From the human T2T-CHM13v2.0 reference genome, Homo sapiens: DNA of 64,000 bases. The stretch is from assembly GCF_009914755.1 (NCBI RefSeq), contig NC_060931.1; one strand, 5' to 3'. Made by a program: the position numbers and the translations under genes. Positions 53,903 through 64,000 of this stretch are shown here, in pieces (within the stretch, counting starts at the first letter, position 1; every line of letters starts with the position of its first letter). The notes below the pieces were generated by a model. It had not been told where the DNA came from. It saw nothing but the letters and a program-made list of their open reading frames with translations, and searched no databases.

Positions 53903-54669
53903 AATCTTTTTATGGAGCACACTAGGTCACAAAACAAATGTCCACAAATACCAAAGAAATGATACAATATTATCATTTTAGTATAACTTTTATACTAATG
54001 TAAGGTCATGTGAATAGTGCAGTAAAGTTAGATATCAATACAAACAGTTTAGCACCACCCACATGCCACTCATGAAATTAAAGAAAAAATTGTCTAAATT
54101 ATAGGTCAAAAAAATTGAGGAAATAGAATACTTTAAAATGAATGAGAATGAAAATAATGCATATTAACGTTGTAAGTTGCCACACAACTTGTATAGTACT
54201 TGTAGAAATACTTAGATATTTAGAAAAGAAACAATGAAAATTAAAGAGATAAGTATCCAAGAAGTAGTGAAAGAACAACCAAACCAGTTCAAAAAGAAGG
54301 AAAGTAATAAAATAATAGATATTGGTGAAGTAAAAAAGAAACAGAATTAACAAAACCAAGAGATAATTATTTGCAAAAATTAATGAAATAAATTCTAGCA
54401 AGAATAATTTTTTTAAAAAATTAAGGCACAGATAATCTTAAGAATGGAAGAATAGACAGCACAACATAAATGTGGGAGAAACTCTCCCAATAATTATTAG
54501 AGAATATTTTAATAATTTTATAATACCTTGCAAAACAAAGAATTTTTATAAATACTACTTATCAAAACTGATATATAGCCATTTAACAAATTGAAAAAGT
54601 AGTTTAAAATCTTTCCAATCCCCCGCCAAAAAAAACTATTATGTATTGTTTTGGTGACTCTACCAAATA

Positions 54670-55883
54670 TAGTCATGCACTACATAATAATGTTTTGGCC
54701 AACAATGGGCCATGTATATGAGGTGGTCTCATAAGATTATAATGGAGATGAAAAATTCCTATCACTTAGTGATGTAGCCGTGATGATGTTGTAACACAGT
54801 GCATTACTCATGTGTTTGTGATAATGCTAGTGTAAATAAACCTATTGCCCTGCCAGTCATTTAAAACTAGCATATACAATTATGGAAAGTATACAATACT
54901 TGATAATGATAATAAAATACTATGTTACTGGTTTACGTATTTACTATACAGTACTTTTTAGTCATTATTTTTAAATGTACTCCTTCTACTTAAAAAACAA
55001 AAAAGTTAAATGTTAAACAGCTTCAGGCAGGTCTTTTAGGAGGTAGTCCAGCAGTGGGCATTGTTATCATGGGAGATGACAGCTCCATGTGTTAATGCTC
55101 CTGAAGTCCTTGCAGTCAGACAAGAGGTGGAGGTGGAAGACAGTGATATTGATGATCCTGACCCTGTGTTGTAGGCCTAGGCTAATGTGTGTGTTTGTGA
55201 CTTCGTTTTTAACAGAAAAGTTTAAAAAGTTAAAAAGTTTTTAAAATGTTTCAATAGAAAAAAAGCTTATAGAATAAGGATGTTAAAAAGAAAATGTTTT
55301 TGTATAGCTGTACAATGTATGTTTTAAACTGTTATTACAAAAGAGTCAAAAAGATTTTTAAAAATTTGTAAAGTAAAAATGTTATAGTAAGCTAACGTTA
55401 ATTTTATTACTGAAGAAAGAAAACTTATAAAAATAAATTTAGTATAGCCTAGGCGTACAGTGTTTATAAAGTCTACAGTAGTGTACAGTAGTTGTAGGCC
55501 TTTACATTCACTAACTACCCACTTACTGACTCACTTTGAGCAATTTCCAGTCCTGCAAGTTCCATTTCACAGTAATGGCCTACATAGTTGTGCCTTTTTT
55601 AAAAAAAATCTTTTATACCATATTTTTACTGTCCCTTTTCTATGTTTAGATATATAAATACTTGCTATTGTATTACAATTGCCTACAGTACCCAGTATAG
55701 TAACATGCTGTACAGGTTTGTAGCCTAGGAACAATAGGCTATACCATCTAGCCTAGTTGTGTAGTAGACTCTGTAATGTTCATAGGTTGGTGTAAGTACA
55801 CTCTGTAGTGTTCATAGAATGGCAAAATTGCTTAGCAACACATTTCTCAGAACATATCCCCATCATTAAGTGGCACACAACTG
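54670..55883. mobile_element. Tigger3b-like TcMar DNA transposon, near full length
   Basis: TA-flanked ends tagtcatgcac...ggcacacaactg; cataagattataatggagatgaaaaattcctatc motif; 1214 bp. Confidence 0.85.
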
Positions 55884-57084
55884 TAGGAGTGATCCCTATA
55901 TATGGACTGTTCCTGAGAATAGAAAAAGAAGGAATAGTTTTCAATGAATTTAATGAACCACAGTATAACTCTTATACTAACATAAGATCATGTGAATATA
56001 ATATCAAGTGGGAATGTGATTAGTATAAAACCAATAGTAAGAACAATTACTACAATGGCAATATCAGTAGCAGTATCTAGTAAATGTGAAGATATGCATG
56101 GCCTATATCCTAGGAATTCTACTCCTAGATATATCTCCTCGAAACTCTTGGATGTGCATACCAGGAGACATAACAGAGTGTGTTCACAGCAATATTGTTT
56201 ATATTAAGAAAAACCTAAAGTGATCCAAATGGTCATTGAGAGAACAGTGACAGAAGAGTGAATAAACTGCAATATTCATACAATGGAATACTATACAGTT
56301 TTTAGAGCAAATGAACTATAGCTAGGCTCATCAATATAGACAAAACATTTTCAAAAGGATATTGACAAAACCAAGCAAAACTAAACAACGTATTGTTTAA
56401 GATGACACATATTTGTAGTAAAACTGGAAAGAAAAGTAAAGAGATAATAAACACAAATCTAGGATATTGTTACCTTTGAAGAGGAGCAATCAAGGAAGGC
56501 ATTATATTGACTTTTAAAGTATTGGTGATTAATCTAGGTGGTGGATATGTGAGTATTCTTTAATTACTAATGTTTATGAATATATATTGTTTATATTAAG
56601 CTGTATATATATGAAATATTCATTTATAAAAATTAACTTTAACTTCTGAGATTTTATTATAGAAGAGCAAACATTTGAGAATTATCAGAAAAAAATATAA
56701 AAAATAAGTTCTTGAAGAATAGTATTACCTACTCTTAACATGTATCATAAATCTAAAATAGGTGAAAGTTTATTAATGACACATGAATAGGATAACATGT
56801 AATAGAAGAATACTTTAAAAAGATTCTAATTAATAATCCTTAGAGGAATTTGAAAGTAAACTGCAACTAAAAAGAATAGAATGCCATGGGAAGAGAACAA
56901 TCAGAAAACAGGAAAGATTTTGAAAATTAAATATATGATTTCCTGAATTCAGAAATTTAGTACAAAGGGTTTGAGGATAAATTCAATAAGTTTTCCCAGA
57001 AAGCAGGGCAGAAGGACAAAGAGAAAGTAAAGAGTAAAAGGTTAAGAGATTATTCCAAGAAGTCTTATATCTATTACGTGTTTA

Positions 57085-57330
57085 CTAATAATAATAGCTA
57101 GTAATTATACATTGCATGCAGTGTACCAGACACCATTCTAAGCAATTTATCTGTATTGATTCATTTAATCCTACCAACTAGGATACTCTGATGGGTCCTG
57201 CTTTTTTAGATGGTGAAACTGTGGCACAGAGAGCTTAAGTAACTTGCCCAAGGACACATAGCTGATAAGTGGTAAAACTGGAATATGACACTAGGCCAGC
57301 AGGCCTAACCAAAATTATACTACCTCTCAC
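57085..57330 (-). mobile_element. MIR
   Basis: Core gatggtgaaactgtggcacagagagcttaagtaacttgcccaaggacacatagc. Confidence 0.85.
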
Positions 57331-57647
57331 TAACATATTAATGCTAAAATGTTAATGTCTATGTGTTTTTGAAAAATAATCACAAAGAAGCAACTTTCTA
57401 ATTGGTCATTCTGTTTTTAGGGCTGTATTTTGAAGCTAGGAGTCATGCAATTGTTGTGAAGCTTAGAAATTACAATGTTTTAACTAAGTTTTGCCTCAAA
57501 TTACAGTTTCTCAAACTTTAGAGAAGAGTTTTAAATAATGGAGAATATATGTTAAATTTTTATATTCAATTAAGACAAATTTTTTACTAATTTATCAGTA
57601 ATGCTTTGAAATTGTTTCATTACAATATAAATAGGAATAGCATTTAA

Positions 57648-57881
<234 letters not shown>

Positions 57882-58085
57882 TAAGTACAAGCCTTTTAGA
57901 AAAATGTTGGTAGCATGTAAACATTAAGACAAAATGTCGTGTTTTGATACAGGAGGCAAATTCCAAGAAATCTTATTGCCTGTTAAATTCTTTTTCACCT
58001 ACACTTTTTTGAAAGTTTACTTATGTTCTTGTTATTACAGAAGTAATCCATGTTAATTGCAGAAACTTAAAAAAATACAAGAAGA

Positions 58086-58395
58086 GGCCTGGTGCAGTGG
58101 CTCATATCTGTAATCCCCCCACTGGGGAGGCTGAGTTGGGCAGATTGCTTGGGCCCAGGAGTTAGAGACCAGCCTGGGTGACATGGCAAAACCCCATCTC
58201 TACTAAAAATACAAAATATTAGCTAGGCATGGTGGCATATGTCTATAGTCCCAGCTACTCAGGAGGCTGAGGCAAGAGGATCACTTGAGTCCAGGAGGTC
58301 AAGGCTGCAGTGGGCCCTGATTGAGCCACAGCACTCCACTCTGGCTGACAGAGCAAAACTCTGTCAAAAAAAAAAAAAAAAGGAATAAGAATAAG
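58086..58395 (+). mobile_element. Alu (AluJ-like)
   Basis: Alu dimer with TSD aaaatacaagaaga on both sides. Confidence 0.92.
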
Positions 58396-58809
58396 AAAAT
58401 ACAAGAAGAGAATAAAAATTACCTTCAGTTGTGTTACCCAGCATAAACTGGTTATAACTTGGTGTATATTATTCCAAATGCATATGTATAATTCTTAAAG
58501 TAGTTATTGATTGATTGATTACAAATAGATGGTATTTAGACTAGCGCTACTCAAAGTATAGTGCTGGTATATTAACTGTTACTAGGTTGTACCAGAATGT
58601 CACTAAGCAGAGTTTAGGATAGCTGAGTTATTTTTTAAGAGCAAGACTTTTTTTGATGAAGAAAGCAGTATAATAAGCTACTTTCTGGTACAAACCTCTT
58701 GTCACTGTTCAAAGCACTTGTACTAATCATATTTTGTCAGGCTTGCTGTGTTCAATTTTTTGTGAAAATTTTCACATATTAATATTTAATCTTAAAAAAA
58801 TAATTTAAA

Positions 58810-59500
58810 TTTGTTTATTTTGAAATAATTTCAAACTTTCAGAAAAATTATACGGACAGTTCAAAGAATTCCCATATGATGTTTCCTAGATTCATTATTT
58901 TCAACATTTTGCCACATTTGCCTTATAATTCTCTCCCTTTCCCTAAACACACATACATTTTTTAACCACTTGAGAGGTTGCATACATTATGGTCCTTCAT
59001 TTCTTACTGCTTCAGTGTCATTCTTAAGAACTAAAATGTTCTCTTATATGATCATAGTTCAGTTGTCAATTAAAGATATTTAAATTGATACGATACTTTC
59101 ACCTATAATTCATATTCCAGTTTTGTCAAAAGTTTAAATAATGTCCCTTACTACAAATTTTGTTTCTTTGGTACTGGGTCCAATTCAGGATTGTGTTTGC
59201 ATGTGGTTGTCAGCCACTTTAAACTTTGAACAGTTTTCAGTCTTTTTCTTGCATAAGATTGATATTTCTAAAGAAAACTAGCTAGAATTCTTATAGAATG
59301 TCCCTTAATTTGTGTTTCTTTACTTTTTCCTTATGATTAGAATGAGCTTATCCATTCTTGGCTGGATTACAACATAAGTAGTTATGTTCTATTGGGGATA
59401 TGATACCCAGAGGCACATAGTCTGTTGGACCTTTATTAATGATACTAATTTTAATCATTTGGTTAAGGTGTTTTTCTCTTCTGTATAGTTACTGCTGTTC
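58810..59500 (-). mobile_element. L1MC-like 3' end
   Basis: ttattttgaaataatttcaaactttcagaaaa...aagaattcccatat motif. Confidence 0.7.
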
Positions 59501-59551
59501 CTTCTGTTCCTTATAAATTAATTAACATGTAATTTATAAGTAGGTAGTTTA

Positions 59552-62500
59552 AAAATTTCAACTTCTATTTTGCATTCAGGAGGTATATTTGCAGGTTTGT
59601 TACATGGATATGTTACATGATGCTGAGATTTGCGGTATGATTGATCCTGTCACCCAGGTAGTGAGCATAGTACTCAATAGGTAGTTTTTCAGCCCTTACC
59701 CCCCACCCTTCCTCTCCCTTCTCATAGTCCCCTGTGTCTAATAATGCCACCTTTATGGCCACGTGTACCGATTATTTAACTACCAGCTATAAGTGAGAAC
59801 ATGAGGTATTTGGTTTTCTGTTTCTGCATTAATTCACTTAGGATAATGGCCTCTAGCTGCATCCATGTTGCTGCAAAGGATATGAGTTCATTCTTTTTTA
59901 TGGCTGCATAGTAGTCCATGGTATTGATGTACCACATTTTCTTTATCCAATCCACTGTGAATGAGCTCCTCAGTTGATTCTATGACTTTGCTATTGTCAA
60001 TAGTGCTGTGATGAACATAGGAGTGCATGTCTATTTGGCAGACCAATTTATTTTCTTTTGGATATATACCTAGTAATGGTATTGCTGGGTTGAATGGTAA
60101 TTCTGTTTTAAGTTATTTGAGAAATCTCCAAACTGCTTTCCACAGTGGCTGAACTAATTCATTCCCATCAACAGAGTGTAAGCATTCCCTTTTCTCCATA
60201 GCCTTATCATCTGTTGTTTTGCAACTTTTTAATAATAGCCATCTGACTGGTGTCAGAATGGTTTTGATTTGCATTTGTCTAATTATTGTGTTGAGCATTT
60301 TTTCACATTTGTTGGTTGCTTGTATGTCTTCTTTTAAGTATCTGTTCATGTCCCTTGCCCACTTTTTACTGGGGTTATTTGTTTTTTTCTTGTTGATTTA
60401 AGTTCCTTACAGGTTCTAGATATTAGACATTTGTTGGATGCATAGTTTGTGAGTGTTTTTCCCCAATCTGTAGGTTGTCTGTTTACTCTGTTGATAGTTT
60501 CTTTTGCTGTGTAGAAGCTCTTTAGTTTAATTAGGTCCCACTTGTCAATTTTTGTTTTTGTTGTAATTGCTTTTGAGGACTTAGTCATAAATTCTTTTCC
60601 ATATGTGACATTATTCTGCATATGGCTACCCAGCTATCACAGCACCACTTATTGAATAGGGAGTCCTTTCTCCATTGCTTATTTTTGTCAACTTTGTCAA
60701 AGATAAGATGGATTGTGGGTATGTAGCTTTATTTCTAGGTTCTCTGTTCTGTTCCATTGGACTTTGTGTCTATTTGTGTAACAGTACCATTCTGTTTTGG
60801 TTACTGTAGACTTCCTTGTAATATAGTTTAAAGTCGGGTAATGTGACGCCTCCAGCTTTGTTATTTTTTATTAGGATTGATTTGGCTATTTTGGTTCCAT
60901 ATTAATTTTAGAATTTCTTTTCTAATTCTGTGAAAAATGATGTTGGTATTTTAATAGGGATAGCAGTCAATCATGCAATTTGTTCTGTAGGTTGCTTTGG
61001 GCAGTATGGTCATTTTCACAGTATTGATTCTTCCAATTCATGAGCACGGAATATTTTTCCATTTGTTTATGTCATTTGTGATTTCTTTCAGCAGTGTTTT
61101 GTAGTTCTCCTTGTAGAGATCTTTCACCAAATTGTTTAGATGTATTCTCAGGTATTTTGTGCATGTGTGGCTGTTGTAAATGGGATTGTGTTTTTGAGGT
61201 GACTCTCAGCTTGACCGTTATTGGTGTATAGAAGTACAACTGATTTTTATGCATTGATTTTATACCCTGAAACTTTACTGAAGTTGTTCTTCAGTTCTAG
61301 GAGCCTGCTGGTGGCCGTCAAGGTTTTCTAGGTATATAATTATATCATCAGGAAAGAGAGACAATATGACTTCTCTTTTACCTATTTGGATGCTTTTTAT
61401 TTCTTTCTTTTTCCTATTGCTCTGGCTAGGACTTCTAGTACTATGTTGAATAGGAGTGGCCAGAGTGGGTGTCCTTGTCTTATTCTACTTCCCAAGGGGA
61501 ATGTTTCCAGCCTTTGCCCATTCAGTATGATGTTGGCTGTGGGTTTGTCATAGATGGCTCTTGTTATTTTAAGATACATTCCCTCAAAACCTAGTTTTTT
61601 GAGGGTTTTTATCATGAAGGGATGTTGGATTTTATCGAAAGCTTTTTCTATGTCTATTGATATGATCATACGGTTTTTGTTTTTTATTCTGTTTATGTGG
61701 TAGATCACATTTCTTGATTTGCTTATTTTGAGCCATCCTTGCATCCAGGAATAAAGTCTACTTGATCATAGTTAACTAACTTTTAGAGGTGCTGCTAGAT
61801 TTAGTTTGGTAGTATTTTATCAAGTATCTTTTCCTCTATCTTCATTAGGGATACTGGCCTATAGTTTTCTTTTTTTGTTTTGTCTTTCATTTTGGTATCA
61901 AGATGATGCTGGCTTCCTAGAATGTGTTACAGAAGAGTCCATCCTCCTTGGTATTTTGGAATAGTTTCAGTAGGATTGACACCAGCTCTTCTTTGTTTGT
62001 CTGGTAGAATACAACTATGAATATATCTGGTCCAGGACTTTTCTTAGTTGGTAGGTTTCTTATTACTGTTTTAGAGCTTATTTCTCTGATCAGGTTCTCA
62101 ATTTCTTCCTGGTTTAATCTTGGGAGATTGTGTGTTTCCGGCAACTTATCAATTTCCTCTAGATTTTCTAGTTTGTGTGCATAAAACTGTTCGTAATAGT
62201 CTCTGAAGATATTTTGTATTTCTGTGGGATTAGCTGTAATGTCAACTCTGTCATTTCTCATTGTGCTTATTTGGATCTTCTTTCTTTTTTTCTTTGATAA
62301 TAGCTAACAGTCTGTCAATCTTGTTTATCCTTTCAAAGAAATGATGTTTGGTTTTATTGATCCTTTGAGTAGGTTTTTGTGTCTCAGTTTTGTTCAGTTC
62401 TGCTCTGATTTCAGTTATTTCTTTTCTTCTTCTAGCTCTGGGGTTAATTTATTTTTGTTATTTTAGTTCCTCTAGGTGCGACGTCAGAGTGTTGATTTAA

Positions 62501-64000
62501 GATCTTTCTAACTTCTTGATGTAAACATTTAGTGATAAAAACTTTTAACACTATTTTTGCTGCATCCCAGAGATTTTGGTATGTTGTATCTCTTTTTCAT
62601 TTATTTTAAAGAATTTTTAAATTTCTGTCTTAACTTCATTGTTTACTTAAAAGTTATTCAGGTGTAAGTTGTTTGGTGCCAATGTGATTGTGTGATTTTG
62701 AGAGATTTTCTTGCTATTCACTTCAATTTTTCTTCCACTGTGGTCCACATATATGCTTGGTATGATTTCAGGTTTTTAGAAATTTGTTTGGACTTGCTTT
62801 ATGGCCAAGCATGTGGTCAAACTTAGAATATGTTCAGTGTGCCAATGAAAATAAAGTATATTGTGTGGTTGATGGGTATTCTTTAGATGTCTATTAGGTC
62901 CAATTGGACAAGTCAAATTTACATCCAGAATTTGTTAAGTTTTCTGCATTAATGATCCATCTAATGCCGTTAATGGGGTATTGAAGTCCACTACTATTAT
63001 TGTGTGGTTAAGTCTTTTGTAGGTCTAGAAGTACTTGCTTTATGAATCTGGGTGCTCCAATGTCAGTGTGTGTGTGTGTATGTGTGTGTGCATGTGTTTG
63101 TGTATGTGTGTGTGTGTGTGTATATGACAGTTAAGTCTTTTTGTTGTATTGAACTCTTTATCATTATGTAATGACCGTAATGACCTTCTTTGTCCTTTTT
63201 TAGTGTTGTTTCTTTAAAGTATGCTTTATCCGATATAAGAATAGGACCCCCTGCTCTTTTTTGTTTTTAGTTTGCATGGTAAATCTTTCTTCATGTCTTT
63301 ACTTTGAGCCTGTGGGTTTCATTATGTGTGAGATGGTTCTCTTGAAGATAGCAAGTGGTTGGGTCTTGTTCTATTAGCCACCTTGCCTCTCTGTGTTTTT
63401 TAAGTGGGGCATTTAGACCGTTTACATTCATGGTTAATATCGCTATGTGATGTTTTGATCCTATCCTGGTGCTGTTAGCTGGTTGCTTTGTAGTCTTGAT
63501 TTTTTAGTCTCGATAGGGTCTGCAGGCTATGTATTTAAGTGTGTTTTTGTGGTAGTACATATTGTTATTTCATTTCTGTGTCTACAACTCCCTCAAGGAT
63601 CTCTTGCAAGGCTGGTCTATTGGTAATGAATTTTCACAGTGATTGCTTGTCTGGAAAATATTATACATTTCCTTTTCTTATGAAGCTTGGTTTGGTGGGA
63701 TATTAAATTCTTGACTGGTATTTCTTTTCTTTAAGAATGCTGAAAATATGTTCCCAGTCTTCTCTGGTGTGTATAGTTTCTGTTGGGAAGTCTACTGTTA
63801 GCCTGATAGGATCCCCTTTGTAAGTGATATGACCCTTTTCTGTAGCTACCTTTGAGATTTTTTCTTTCACGTTGACCTGGCAAGTCTGAAGATTCTGTGT
63901 CTTGGGGGTGGTCATCTTGTATAGTATCTCATAGAGGTTCTCTGAATTTTTTTGAATTTGTTTGCCAACCTATCTAGTGAGATCAGGGAAATTTTTCAGT
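59552..64000 (-). mobile_element. Older L1PA (PA15/16-like) running off the window, with (TG)n at 63066-63121
   Basis: 3'UTR, degenerate ORF2 ORFs at 60113-62261 and ORF1 remnant 63703..63915 (ITYKGDPIRLTVDF). Confidence 0.88.

Overview
AT-rich primate (human-like) genomic DNA from inside the RUNDC3B gene (+ strand). Four internal coding exons (19704-19793, 21412-21492, 50496-50664, 57723-57880) have canonical AG/GT sites and splice together in frame. They encode the end of the RUN domain, a Ser/acidic linker and a coiled coil. The rest is intron dominated by transposon remnants: many L1s, about 12 Alus, MLT1/ERV1/ERVK LTRs, MER1B, MER63B, Tigger3b, MIR/L2 and microsatellites. Nearly all ORFs in the supplied track are L1/Alu debris. 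I see no evidence of a new multi-gene system. The best leads are: (i) an ERVK 5' LTR that keeps a tRNA-Lys primer-binding site and a splice donor, oriented antisense, i.e. toward the neighbouring ABCB1 gene; (ii) an unidentified polyadenylated retrocopy nested in an L1PB; (iii) a 62-bp-arm palindrome built from flanking DNA at an Alu 5' junction; (iv) other insertion/repair scars. Gene and repeat subfamily names come from recall of consensus sequences, not from a database search.
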